A DNA stretch of 64,000 bases from Betaproteobacteria bacterium (lineage in GTDB: Bacteria; Pseudomonadota; Gammaproteobacteria; Burkholderiales; Ga0077523). This document shows positions 9,029 to 18,063 of the stretch, in pieces. The notes beneath the pieces were generated by a model. It saw nothing but the letters and a program-made list of their open reading frames with translations. It searched no databases and had not been told where the DNA came from. Every line of letters begins with the position of its first letter. The first letter of the stretch is position 1. The translations under genes and the position numbers were made by a program. The DNA lies in assembly GCA_016713305.1 (NCBI GenBank), contig JADJPK010000008.1:296192-360191 (forward strand). The letters run 5' to 3'.

Positions 9029-11203
9029 ATGTCCGACAACAATTTGCTGGAACGAGCCCGCGCCCTGGCCGGGTCCACCGCCTTCGTCGCCCTGCCGCTT
9101 GCCGCCGTCGCCCCTGCCGCCAACGCCGTCACCTTGTTGACCGACTACTCGGTCGTGGGGGAATACTCCAACTCCGGCTGGTTCATGTCCTGGCTGGACG
9201 ATGCCGCGGCCGACGCCACGCCGCTGGGCAACGGATTCAAGCTGACCGGCAGCAAGACCATCACGGACAGCCTCTTCTGGCGCTGGGACGACAACGTACA
9301 GGCCACCGTGCGCCGGTACGACGTCACCGGGATGGCCTTCGCGTGGGGAGGCGCCATCGACGGTGCACTGCGCCCGGGTGACACGCTCTCGGCTCCCTTC
9401 GACCTGATCCTCGACTACACCCACACGCTGCCGCAGTTCGCTGCCTACGATTACTTCGGCGTGAACTGGCATCTCACGGTGGGACTGCGCGCCGACGGCG
9501 ACAGCCCGTACACCCCTGACTTCTACCGCACGTTGCCTACCAGCAATTCCGTCTCGTATGTCGACACATACGGATCGGTCGATCAGCCCGGGCAGTTCGG
9601 CTTCTCGGGCAACCTCAACATCTCGATCGACGATTGGGCGTCCCAGGCCACGCACTGGTATGCGGTGCTCACCGTGGACTGGAACGATGCGCTCGCCCAG
9701 CGCGGGTACGAAGACACGCATGGCAGCCACAACGGCGATACGCTCACCTTCACGGTGCCAGGCGACTCCATCGATCTGACGATCGCGCAAGGAAAGACGA
9801 CCTTTGCGGGCGAGACGATCGAGAACAACGGCGGATACACCGTGCCGTCGTGGTCGATCCTCCGGACGGCAGGAACCTTCCGCAATCTGTCGAGCGCGAC
9901 TCTGCGCATCGAAGGCACAGCCGAGACGACCGAAGGCGGTGTCGTCCAGAACCTCCTGGGCGGCCTCGTCCAGAACGCAGGCACGTTCCGCAACCTGTTC
10001 GGCGGCCTGTTCGGAAACGCCGGAACCTTCGACAACGAAGCGGGCGGCACCGTCGAGAATTCCGGCACGATCAAGAACATGCTCGGAGGCCTGTTCGGAG
10101 GCGCAGGCCAGGTCACCAACAACAGCGACGGCGTGATCGAGAACGCCGGAATGATGCGCGGGCTGCTCGGCGGTTCCTTCGACAACTACGGCAAGGTCGA
10201 CAACCTGGCCGGCGCGACCATCGAGAACGAAGGATCCATGCAGAACATGTTCGGCGGCCTCTTCGGCAACGCCGGGACGATCCTCAACAAGAGCGGTGCA
10301 GACTTCTCCAATGCGGGCACGTTCACCAATGCGCTGGGTGGCCTGTTCGGCAATGCAGGAACGCTCACCAACCAGTACTCCGGTCTCTTCGGCAACATCG
10401 GGACGCTCAACAATGCGCTGGGCGGACAGCTGTTCAACTACGGCCAGTTCACCAACTCCAGCAACCATACGGTCAACAACGACGGCTACTTCTTCACTGA
10501 CGGCATGCTGGAGAACACGTCGACCGGCGTGTTCAACAACAACGGAACGGTCGAGATCGGTTACAGCGGTTCGCTGATCAACGATGGCGAGTTCAACAAC
10601 GAGGGCGCGATCGCGAATTCCGGCTACGTCTACGTCGGAGCAGTGGGAACGATCGGCGGGTCCGGAACCTATGAGCAGTGGTACGGGTACACGATGGTCG
10701 ACGGCACGCTCTCGGCCTCGCAGATCGCTCTGCACGGGGGCTACCTGGCGGGGTCCGGCGTCCTGACGGCAACGGCCTCGCTCACGATCGACGAAGGGGT
10801 GTCGATCATGCCGGGTGGCGAGGACGCCGCCGGCCAGCTCACGATCGAGGGCGATTTCGCGCCGGACGCCACCAGCGGGCTGCTGATCGACATCAAGGGT
10901 GCGCAGCAGGGCACCGAATACGATCTCCTGGCCATCGCGGGGGAAGCCTCGCTCGCGGGAAATCTCTATCTGTACATGGGATACGAACCTGTCCCGGGGA
11001 CGGTCTTCACCATTCTCACGGCCACGGGCGGCGTGCACGGCCAGTTCGCCAACATCTTCGCCGGCGGCCTGCAGGTGGCGCCGATCTACGGCACGGACAG
11101 CGTGTCGATCCAGTTCGGCGCCCCGGTGCCGGAACCCGGTACCTACGCGATGTTCCTCGCCGGACTGGGCCTGCTCGGCCTGTGGAGCAAACGCCGCCGG
11201 TAA
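9029..11203 (+). CDS. PEP-CTERM sorting-domain surface protein with internal GGLFGNAGT-type repeats
   Basis: 724 aa. There is an N-terminal signal-like segment (AFVALPLAAVAPAANA). About 15 degenerate 14-17-aa repeats (NLFGGLFGNAGTFDN / NMLGGLFGGAGQVTN ...) span about 9950-10500. The C-terminus VPEPGTYAMFLAGLGLLGLWSKRRR is a canonical PEP-CTERM motif followed by a TM helix and basic tail. Confidence 0.9.
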   Translation: MSDNNLLERARALAGSTAFVALPLAAVAPAANAVTLLTDYSVVGEYSNSGWFMSWLDDAAADATPLGNGFKLTGSKTITDSLFWRWDDNVQATVRRYDVTGMAFAWGGAIDGALRPGDTLSAPFDLILDYTHTLPQFAAYDYFGVNWHLTVGLRADGDSPYTPDFYRTLPTSNSVSYVDTYGSVDQPGQFGFSGNLNISIDDWASQATHWYAVLTVDWNDALAQRGYEDTHGSHNGDTLTFTVPGDSIDLTIAQGKTTFAGETIENNGGYTVPSWSILRTAGTFRNLSSATLRIEGTAETTEGGVVQNLLGGLVQNAGTFRNLFGGLFGNAGTFDNEAGGTVENSGTIKNMLGGLFGGAGQVTNNSDGVIENAGMMRGLLGGSFDNYGKVDNLAGATIENEGSMQNMFGGLFGNAGTILNKSGADFSNAGTFTNALGGLFGNAGTLTNQYSGLFGNIGTLNNALGGQLFNYGQFTNSSNHTVNNDGYFFTDGMLENTSTGVFNNNGTVEIGYSGSLINDGEFNNEGAIANSGYVYVGAVGTIGGSGTYEQWYGYTMVDGTLSASQIALHGGYLAGSGVLTATASLTIDEGVSIMPGGEDAAGQLTIEGDFAPDATSGLLIDIKGAQQGTEYDLLAIAGEASLAGNLYLYMGYEPVPGTVFTILTATGGVHGQFANIFAGGLQVAPIYGTDSVSIQFGAPVPEPGTYAMFLAGLGLLGLWSKRRR

Positions 11204-11232
11204 CTCGCCGCATCATCGCCATCGGCACATGA

Positions 11233-11254
11233 GGCCAGACGTTCGCGTCTGGCC
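11233..11254 (+). terminator. Hairpin downstream of the PEP-CTERM gene
   Basis: ggccagacg-ttc-gcgtctggcc has a 9-10-bp stem and begins 30 nt after the stop at 11203. It is followed by ttatgcttt. Confidence 0.45.
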
Positions 11255-11267
11255 TTATGCTTTGGAG

Positions 11268-12470
11268 ATGACACCACAAAGGCTCCTGCTTCTGCTCGGT
11301 CAGAACGCCTTCGATCCCACGAGCGGTGCTGCGCAATCCATGCGGCAGGCCGCAGAAGTGCTCGCCGGCGCGGGCTGGAATGTCCGCGCCCTTTGCACCA
11401 GCGGTTGCGAGGGGGACGTGGAGGGAGACCCTGCCGCCATGCTCCGCGAGCGAGGGGTCGTCGCGGTGGAGCAGGCTTCGCTGACGCCGTCCGGCGCGCG
11501 GGTACTGGCGGCCTCCCGCGCAGGCGTCCTGCACGAGATCGTCTGCGTCGATCCTGCTCGAAAGCGGTATTGGGAACGCGACGCCGGTCCGGAGTACCAC
11601 GCCCGGCTGGACCGGATCGTCCGCGAATTTGCTCCGCAGGTCGTGCTCGCCTTCGGCGGCGATCCGGGCGACGAACGCCGCCGCACCGTGCTCCGCGCAG
11701 CGGGGGCTCGCGTGGTGTTCGCCCTGCACAACCTCGCCTACCTGAAAAGCAGACCGGCGCAGGTGGATGCGTTTCTCGCGCCCACGGAATTCGTCGCCGG
11801 GCGCTATCGCGAGGCGTGGCATGCGGACGTGCAGGTCCTGCCCACGCCGATCGTGCCCCAGGGAATCGTGGCCGATCGCCGGGACGCCGTGTTCACGACG
11901 TTCGTCAATCCGGAACCCGCCAAGGGATTGTGGATCGTGGCGCGGCTCGCACAGATGCTGGGCGAGCAGCGGCCCGACATTCCCCTCCTGGTCGTGGAAG
12001 GGCGCATGTCCGCCTCGAACCTGATTGCGGCAGGGCACGCGATGGACGCGGATCTCTCGCGTTTTCCGAACCTGATGTTCAGCCCCGCCGTGGCGGACGT
12101 TGCGGCGCTGTGGGCGACCTGCCGGATGGTGCTTGCGCCCTCGATCGTGGAGGAGGCGGCAGGCCGCGCAGTGCTGGAGGCCATGGCCAATGGCGCCGTG
12201 CCGCTGGTGTCGGACCGTGGCGCTCTGCCGGAAACCGTGGGCGACGCGGGCGTGGTGCTGCCGCTACCAGGCAGTCTCTCGCTTGCTTCTGCGGGACCGG
12301 TGAGTCAGGAGGTCGCGCGGCCTTGGTTCGACGCGATCACGTCGTTCGTGGATGACGAGGAACGCTATGCACGCGCATCGGAGCGTGCAAGGCGCCATGC
12401 CACGCGCTACCTCCAGGATCAGGTGGCACCGGCCTACGGCGCCTGGTTCGAATCCGTGATGGTTCGCTGA
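11268..12470 (+). CDS. Glycosyltransferase, GT4-like (GT-B fold)
   Basis: 400 aa from ATG 11268. The C-terminal SIVEEAAGRAVLEAMANGAVPLVSDRGALPETVGDAG is the E-x7-E retaining-GT motif region. The earlier ATG at 11229 lies upstream of the terminator hairpin in low-GC3 sequence and was rejected. Confidence 0.8.
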   Translation: MTPQRLLLLLGQNAFDPTSGAAQSMRQAAEVLAGAGWNVRALCTSGCEGDVEGDPAAMLRERGVVAVEQASLTPSGARVLAASRAGVLHEIVCVDPARKRYWERDAGPEYHARLDRIVREFAPQVVLAFGGDPGDERRRTVLRAAGARVVFALHNLAYLKSRPAQVDAFLAPTEFVAGRYREAWHADVQVLPTPIVPQGIVADRRDAVFTTFVNPEPAKGLWIVARLAQMLGEQRPDIPLLVVEGRMSASNLIAAGHAMDADLSRFPNLMFSPAVADVAALWATCRMVLAPSIVEEAAGRAVLEAMANGAVPLVSDRGALPETVGDAGVVLPLPGSLSLASAGPVSQEVARPWFDAITSFVDDEERYARASERARRHATRYLQDQVAPAYGAWFESVMVR

Positions 12471-12517
12471 ACGGCAGTCGATACCAGGACTCATGCCGGG
12501 ACGGGCGCCAACGAAAA

Positions 12518-12536
12518 GGCCCGCGCGCGGCGGGCC
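12518..12536. terminator. GC hairpin between convergent genes
   Basis: ggcccgc-gcgcg-gcgggcc lies between the GT stop (12470) and the pncA-like stop (12562). Confidence 0.35.
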
Positions 12537-12561
12537 CCGAAACACGGCAGCGACCGGAATG

Positions 12562-13293
12562 TCAGGCGATGTCGGACGACTGGATGCGCTTCACGCCCTT
12601 GGAAATCATCTCCTTCCAGGCGGCCTCGAGCCCCGTTCCCCCGAGATTGATGCCGCGGGAGGCATCCTCGATCACGCACGCCTTGAAGCCTGCGGCGCGC
12701 GCGTCGATGGCGCTCCAGCCCACGCAGAAGTCGGTGGCCAATCCGGCGAGGTAGCAGTTCTTGATGCCCTTCTGCCTGAGATAGCCGGTGAGGCCGGTCG
12801 GTGTCTTCTTGTCGGCCTCGAGGAAGGTCGAATAGCTGTCGACGTCGCGGTGGAAGCCCTTGCGGATGACCAGCATGGCGTGCGGAATCGACAGGCCCGG
12901 TGCGAAATCGGCACCGTCCGTGCCCTGCACGCAGTGATCCGGCCACAGCACCTGCGTGCCATAGGAAAGCTGGATGGTCTCGAACGGCTTCTTGCCTTCG
13001 TGCTGCGACGCGAACGACACGTGATCGGCGGTGTGCCAGTCCTGCGTGAGCACCACGTTCTCAAACTTCTTCGCGATCTCGTTGATGAGCGCCACGATCT
13101 CGTCGCCCTGGTTCACGGCGAGCGATCCGCCGGGGATGAAGCACTTCTGCACATCGACCACGATGAACACGTCGTTGGGCCCGGGCTTCAGCTTGCCGTC
13201 CGCGAGGGCCTGGGCGAGCCATCCGGTGCCGCCGGCAGCCACCGCCGATCCTGCGGCGAGCTTCAGAAAACTGCGACGATCGAAACCGCTCAT
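12562..13293 (-). CDS. pncA: Nicotinamidase/pyrazinamidase (isochorismatase family) with Tat signal peptide
   Basis: 243 aa from ATG 13293: MSGFDRRSFLKLAAGSAVAAGGTGWLAQALA-DGK (twin-arginine motif). VVDVQKCFIPGGSLAVNQGDEIVALINE and TQDWHTADHVSFAS match PncA motifs. A GGAGA-type SD lies upstream. The longer tracked ORF (to 13728) runs antisense through hyuB. Confidence 0.8.
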   Translation of the reverse strand: MSGFDRRSFLKLAAGSAVAAGGTGWLAQALADGKLKPGPNDVFIVVDVQKCFIPGGSLAVNQGDEIVALINEIAKKFENVVLTQDWHTADHVSFASQHEGKKPFETIQLSYGTQVLWPDHCVQGTDGADFAPGLSIPHAMLVIRKGFHRDVDSYSTFLEADKKTPTGLTGYLRQKGIKNCYLAGLATDFCVGWSAIDARAAGFKACVIEDASRGINLGGTGLEAAWKEMISKGVKRIQSSDIA

Positions 13294-13336
13294 CTCTCCA
13301 TTCTCCTTGGTCGGTTGATGGGCCGGCGCATTCCGG

Positions 13337-15127
13337 TCACGGGCCGGTGCGCTCGCTCGCTGATTCTGTGCCTGGATGACCGCCTTCGCAACCCGGGGCG
13401 CCGCGCTGCGCGCGAAGTTGCGTGGTGGCGGATTCGTCCGGCAAGCCGTCCGGGCCGATGACGACGCCGAACCGGGTTCGTGCCTGTGCGGTGGTGAAGT
13501 AGCCACGTTGCACGTCGCAGGCCACCTGTCCCGCATCGCGCCGCCACGCGTCCCCGTACCCGCCTCCGCCCGGCGTGGCGACGTGCACGACATCGCCGGG
13601 ACGCAGATGGATGTCCTGGTCCTTGGACAGATGCGGAGGCACATGGGCCGTGCCCCCGGCTTCGATTCGCACCGTGTTGGTGCCGCCATCTTCGCCACCC
13701 AGCGCACCCCTGGGCCCGGTCCGTCCATGGTCCATGACCATGGAGGCCCGGGCTTCGCCGCGACGCAGCCTCACGGCATAGGAGACGCCGAATCCGCCGC
13801 GATGCTCGCCCGCGCCGCCCGAGCCTTCGTGCAGGGCATAGCGGTCGAACAGCACGGGGTAGCGCTGCTCCATGATCTCGATGGGGGTGGTCTTGGAGAT
13901 GCCGATGGTGGAACAGCCGTTGGAGATGCCGTCGCCCGCCGGCGAGCCCCCGTAACCGCCGCCCGAGATGACGTACATCACATAGGGCCGTTTGCGCAGC
14001 GGGTCGTAGCCGCCCAGGGCGAAATTGCCCGACGTGCCGGCAGGCGATGCGAACATCCGGTCGGGCATCGCCTTCACCAGCGCGTCGAAGACCGCCTCGG
14101 CGATGCGCTGGCTCACCTCGGCCGCGCAGCCTGAGACCGGACGCGGATACTTCGCGTACAAGAAGGTGCCTTCCGGGTCGATCACGCGCAGGGGTTCGAA
14201 CGTGCCGGCGTTGATCGGCACTTCGGGGAACACGTGCTTCATCGCGAGATAGATCGACGACCTGGTCGTGGCGATGACGCTGTTCATGGGCCCCTTGCAG
14301 GGCGGCGAGGAACCCGCCATGTCGAACGTGAGGGTCTCGCCGTTCTTGGACACCGTCATGGCGATCCTGAGCGGCTCGTTCACGACGCCGTCGGAATCGA
14401 TCCACGCCTCCCCGCGGTAGACCCCATCCGGGAGGGTGGCGATCCGTGCCCGCATCTGCCGCGATGCGCGGCGTTCCAGTTCGCCGATGGCCTTCTCGAT
14501 GGTGTCCGCCCCGTAGCGGTCGAGCAGTGCGGTCAGGCGTTTCTCGCCGACGGCCAGGGCGGCGGCCTGGGCCTTGATGTCGCCGATGCGCTGATCGGCG
14601 AGACGGATGTTCGAGAGGATGATGGAGAGGATCTCCTGGTCGAGCTCGCCCTGCTTGAAGAGCTTGACCGGCGGCAGCCGCAGTCCTTCCTGCTCCACCT
14701 CCGTCGCATTGGCGGAGAACCCGCCGGGCACCATGCCGCCCGTGTCCGGCCAGTGGCCCGTGTTGGCGAGCCAGCACCACAGGCGCTCCTGGTAGAAGAA
14801 CGGCTTCACGAACTTGACGTCCATGAGGTGCGTGCCGCCCAGGTAGGGATCGTTGACGATGTAGATGTCGCCCGGGGTGAGATCCTTCGCGCGTTCGATG
14901 ACGGCCTGGGTGGAGAACTGCATGGTGCCCACGAAGACGGGCAGGCCCAGATCGCCCTGCGCGATGAGCGCCCCGGTGTCGCGGTGGTAGATGCCGTCCG
15001 AGCGGTCGAGCGCTTCCGAGATGACGGGGCTGAATGCGGAGCGGACGAAGGCGAGGTCCATCTCGTTGCAGACCTGCTGCAACCCGCTCTGGATGACGGA
15101 AAGCGTGATGGCGTCGAGGGCGCTCAT
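13337..15127 (-). CDS. hyuB: Hydantoinase B / oxoprolinase family subunit
   Basis: 596 aa. MSALDAITLSVIQSGLQQVCNEMDLAFVRSAFSPVISEALD..., ...GGTHLMDV... and ...GGGYGDAW.RD...V..DV..GY are typical of Hydantoinase_B. Confidence 0.9.
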   Translation of the reverse strand: MSALDAITLSVIQSGLQQVCNEMDLAFVRSAFSPVISEALDRSDGIYHRDTGALIAQGDLGLPVFVGTMQFSTQAVIERAKDLTPGDIYIVNDPYLGGTHLMDVKFVKPFFYQERLWCWLANTGHWPDTGGMVPGGFSANATEVEQEGLRLPPVKLFKQGELDQEILSIILSNIRLADQRIGDIKAQAAALAVGEKRLTALLDRYGADTIEKAIGELERRASRQMRARIATLPDGVYRGEAWIDSDGVVNEPLRIAMTVSKNGETLTFDMAGSSPPCKGPMNSVIATTRSSIYLAMKHVFPEVPINAGTFEPLRVIDPEGTFLYAKYPRPVSGCAAEVSQRIAEAVFDALVKAMPDRMFASPAGTSGNFALGGYDPLRKRPYVMYVISGGGYGGSPAGDGISNGCSTIGISKTTPIEIMEQRYPVLFDRYALHEGSGGAGEHRGGFGVSYAVRLRRGEARASMVMDHGRTGPRGALGGEDGGTNTVRIEAGGTAHVPPHLSKDQDIHLRPGDVVHVATPGGGGYGDAWRRDAGQVACDVQRGYFTTAQARTRFGVVIGPDGLPDESATTQLRAQRGAPGCEGGHPGTESASERTGP

Positions 15128-15301
15128 GGCTCGGTGGCAAGGATGAACCTGCGGGAGCTTAGCACCGGGACGGCAGACGCCGATTCACCCCGGCCGCCGG
15201 ATCGCCCGCTGCGGTGCCCGGCGGAACATGCCTTCTCGTCGTGGTTCGTCGCACCTCCGTGCGGACGGCCCACGGCAATCGATCCTCTCCCTGACCCTTG
15301 A

Positions 15302-15341
15302 CCGTCACCGTCCGGAAACGCATGCGTCACCGGTATGTCAT
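15302..15341 (+). promoter_or_regulatory. Candidate Pho-box-like phased direct repeats upstream of the BtaA-like gene
   Basis: ccGTCAC (15302), gcGTCAC (15324) and atGTCAT (15335) are spaced by 22 and 11 bp. GCGTCAC-cggt-ATGTCAT fits the 7+4+7 layout of the CTGTCAT-N4-CTGTCAT Pho box (4/7 and 6/7 matches). Confidence 0.3.
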
Positions 15342-15397
15342 GCCGGCCACCTAGTCTCGCCGGATTCGGCACGGTGCCGGGGATCGGTGGAGTTTCC

Positions 15398-16609
15398 TTG
15401 AAGAGAGACGAACTGTCCCTGCTGGGCAGGGTGGACGAGAAGGTGTTTTCCGCCATCTACCGCAGGGCTCTGGTCTACAACACGTGCTGGGAAGACCCGG
15501 CGGTCGACCATCAGGCGCTGGACATCGGCGGAACCGACACGATGCTGGCGATCACCAGCGCGGGCTGCAACGTGCTCGACTACCTGCTCGCCGAGCCTCG
15601 CCGCATTCACGCGGTGGACGCGAATCCGCGGCAGACGGCGCTTCTGGAACTCAAGGTCGCCGGCATCCGCAAGCTCGCCTACGAGGATTTCTTCCGCATC
15701 TTCGGCGACGGGGGGCACGATCGCTTTCGCGAGATCCATCACGACGTGCTGCGGGGCGAACTATCCCCCTTCGCGCGGCAGTTCTGGGACCGGCGCCTGC
15801 ACTGGTTCACTCATCCGCCGGGCAGGAGCAGCTTCTACTTCCACGGACTGTCGGGCATCGTGGCGCGGGTCTTCCGCACGTACCTCAAGCTCCGGCCGGA
15901 GCTGGCGCAGGCGGTGGACGACATGATTCACGCGCCTTCGCTGGAGGTCCAGGCAGGCATCTACGACGAGCGCGTCGCCCCCAGGTTGTGGAACGGTCCG
16001 ACCCGCTGGGCGCTGTCGCGCCAGATCACCATGTCAATGCTGGGCGTGCCGCATCCTCAACGGCGGGAGGTGCAGTCCCAGCACGAGGAAGGCGTCGCAG
16101 GCTACGTGCGGCATTCGCTCGACTACGTCTTCAGGACCTTTCCCCTGCGCAGCAACTACTTCTGGTACGTCTACCTGCGCGGCTGCTACTCCGCGCAGGC
16201 CTGCCCGCGCTACCTGCAGCGCGACGGCTTCGAACGGCTGAAGGCCGGCCTCGTCTACCGGCTCGTTCCGCACACCTGCACGCTGACCGAGTTCCTGCGC
16301 CGCAATCCCGATCCGATCTCGAAGTTCGTGCTGCTGGATCACATGGACTGGATGAGCTGCTACCACCCCGAGGCCCTGGCGGAAGAGTGGGCCCTGATCC
16401 TGGACCGTGCACGGCACGGCGCCCGCGCGATCTTCCGCAGCGCGCATGCCCGGCCGAGATATCTCGAGGCGATCCCCGTGACGTACGGCACGGCATCCCG
16501 ACCCCTGTCGGAATGGTTGCGATTCGACCCGGATCTCGCACAGCGGCTGGACTTGCAGGACAGGGTGCACACCTACGCCGGCTTCCACATCGCCCACCTG
16601 CCTGCCTGA
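15398..16609 (+). CDS. DUF3419 / BtaA-like protein (S-adenosylmethionine:diacylglycerol 3-amino-3-carboxypropyl-transferase family)
   Basis: ALVYNTCWEDPAVDHQALDIGGTDTMLAITSAGCNVLDYLL...IHAVDANPRQTALLELK is the conserved DUF3419 N-terminal core. The tracked ORF starts at ATG 15335. However, codons 15335-15397 have low GC3 and no SD, whereas TTG 15398 is preceded by GGTGGAG at 5-nt spacing. Confidence 0.8.
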   Translation: MKRDELSLLGRVDEKVFSAIYRRALVYNTCWEDPAVDHQALDIGGTDTMLAITSAGCNVLDYLLAEPRRIHAVDANPRQTALLELKVAGIRKLAYEDFFRIFGDGGHDRFREIHHDVLRGELSPFARQFWDRRLHWFTHPPGRSSFYFHGLSGIVARVFRTYLKLRPELAQAVDDMIHAPSLEVQAGIYDERVAPRLWNGPTRWALSRQITMSMLGVPHPQRREVQSQHEEGVAGYVRHSLDYVFRTFPLRSNYFWYVYLRGCYSAQACPRYLQRDGFERLKAGLVYRLVPHTCTLTEFLRRNPDPISKFVLLDHMDWMSCYHPEALAEEWALILDRARHGARAIFRSAHARPRYLEAIPVTYGTASRPLSEWLRFDPDLAQRLDLQDRVHTYAGFHIAHLPA

Positions 16610-16619
16610 GGGATTCCCC

Positions 16620-17360
16620 CTGTCCTCCCTGCTTGCCCGCCCCCGTGTCCTCTGGCGGATCCTGCGCGGCCAACCGCGTGCGGGAACCCTGGCGCAGCGC
16701 CTGCAGACGTTCTATGCGCCGCAGGCACTGCACTACGACGAGACCCGTGCCGCGCTCCTGCACGGAAGGCGTCTGCTGAAGGAACTGGTGCGGGCCGATC
16801 GCGGCGCCGTCGTCGTCGAACTTGGCGCAGGCACCGGTGCCAGCCTGGACCTGCTGGGTCCCGCCGCGAGCGCGTGTGGCGAGATCCACCTGGTCGATCT
16901 TTGCGCGCCCCTGCTGGAGGTGGCCCGGCGCAAGGCCGCAGGGCTCGACAACGTCCGCATCGCGGAAGCCGACGCCACGCGCTACCAGCCCGGGCGCCCC
17001 GCGGATCTCGTGGTGTTCTCCTACTCGCTCACGATGATCCCGGACTGGTTCCTGGCGATCGACAACGCGTTCTCCATGCTGCGCCCCGGCGGACGCATCG
17101 CCGTCACCGATTTCCACGTCGGCCGCCGGGATCCGCCACCGGGGCTCGTCCGTCACGGGGTCTTCTCCCGCCACTTCTGGCCCCTCTGGTTCGGCCACGA
17201 CGGCGTGCGGCCCAACCCCGACCACGTTCCCTATCTGCTCTCGCGATTCGACGTGGACACGCTCGTCGAGGACGCGGGACCGGTGCCGGGTCTGCCCTTC
17301 GTGCGGGTGCCCTACTACGCGTTCGTCGGCCGCAAGCCGCTCCGATCCGACGCGGTCTGA
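16620..17360 (+). CDS. Class I SAM-dependent methyltransferase, BtaB-like
   Basis: VVELGAGTGASLDLL (motif I), DLVVFSYSL and LRPGGRIAVTDFHV are present. The first canonical start is GTG 16788 (190 aa). The frame is open back to 16620, and LAQRLQTFYAPQALHYDETRAALLHGRRLL resembles the conserved N-terminus of BtaB-type enzymes. A CTG at 16620 follows GAGGGA at 6-nt spacing. Confidence 0.7.
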   Translation: MSSLLARPRVLWRILRGQPRAGTLAQRLQTFYAPQALHYDETRAALLHGRRLLKELVRADRGAVVVELGAGTGASLDLLGPAASACGEIHLVDLCAPLLEVARRKAAGLDNVRIAEADATRYQPGRPADLVVFSYSLTMIPDWFLAIDNAFSMLRPGGRIAVTDFHVGRRDPPPGLVRHGVFSRHFWPLWFGHDGVRPNPDHVPYLLSRFDVDTLVEDAGPVPGLPFVRVPYYAFVGRKPLRSDAV

Positions 17361-17980
17361 AGTCCACGGCAGCACAGGTACAGCACCAGCGCGTTCAGCG
17401 AGTGCCACAGGAAATGCGTGCCCAGCGGCCAGGCATCGCAGACCGCCAGATCGATCGTGCGGAAGAGGATCGCCACGAGGAACGTGGCCAGTGCCGCGAC
17501 GAAGACACCCGCCCCGGGCCTGCGCAGGCGAAGCGTCCAGGCCGCGATGCCGGTCAGTCCGGCGACCGCCGGCAGGTACAGCACGGACCCGTTCAGCGTC
17601 TCCGGCGGGACCAGCCGGCCCACCGCGGCGGACGCCACGATGAACAGGACGACACCGGCGGCGGCCTGCCTTCCGCCAAGCCCCGCGACCCGCACGAGGT
17701 AGCGGTGGAAGAACGTCCAGATGAAGAGCGCGATGAAGAGCTTGTCCAGCACCGCCGTCTGCTTTGTGGCCGCCGCGTGGAAGATCAGGCTGCCGGTGCC
17801 GACCAGGGCGACGAGCAGCGCCAGTCCCCAATCGTCGCGCGTCGCGGCGGGTGCGCGGCGCAACCGCGCCGCGAGCACGGCGGCGGCCACGAGGAACAGC
17901 AGGTTCGTCAGGGTGTTGACGGGCTCGCCGAAGAGTCCGTGTACCGTGCGTTCGCAGTAGAGATCGATCGGATCGCCCAT
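17315..17980 (-). CDS. Ceramidase-family integral membrane protein
   Basis: 221 aa with about 7 TM segments. MGDPIDLYCERTVHGLFGEPVNTLTNLLFL...FHAAATK...THFLWHSLNA resembles the alkaline-ceramidase/YPR-like family (the conserved His residues are present). Its 3' end overlaps the convergent methyltransferase gene by 46 nt. Confidence 0.65.
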   Translation of the reverse strand: MGDPIDLYCERTVHGLFGEPVNTLTNLLFLVAAAVLAARLRRAPAATRDDWGLALLVALVGTGSLIFHAAATKQTAVLDKLFIALFIWTFFHRYLVRVAGLGGRQAAAGVVLFIVASAAVGRLVPPETLNGSVLYLPAVAGLTGIAAWTLRLRRPGAGVFVAALATFLVAILFRTIDLAVCDAWPLGTHFLWHSLNALVLYLCCRGLQTASDRSGLRPTNA

Positions 17981-18063
17981 GGCGGCGCTCGTGCGGGTGC
18001 CGCGTCAGCGCGCCGCGCTGCACCGCTTGCGCGGGCAGACAGGGGCCGTGGGAGCACGCGGCG

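Noticed and set aside
7928-11038. 1,036-aa minus-strand ORF overlapping the amidase, YkgJ and PEP-CTERM genes
   Set aside because: It is Arg/Gly/Val-rich noise antisense to three well-supported plus-strand genes. No RBS or motif support.
11229-11267. Earlier ATG (11229) for the glycosyltransferase, and likewise ATG 15335 for the BtaA-like gene and GTG 3819 for the kinase
   Set aside because: The extra codons have markedly lower GC3 than the gene bodies and lack SD sequences. At 11229 they also run through the upstream terminator hairpin.
15128-18063. Calling the lipid module, or the giant-gene region, a mobile genomic island
   Set aside because: No integrase, transposase, tRNA gene or flanking direct repeats were seen. 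The 'insertion' reading rests only on the hyuA/hyuB separation, so it is reported as a hypothesis and not as a mobile element.
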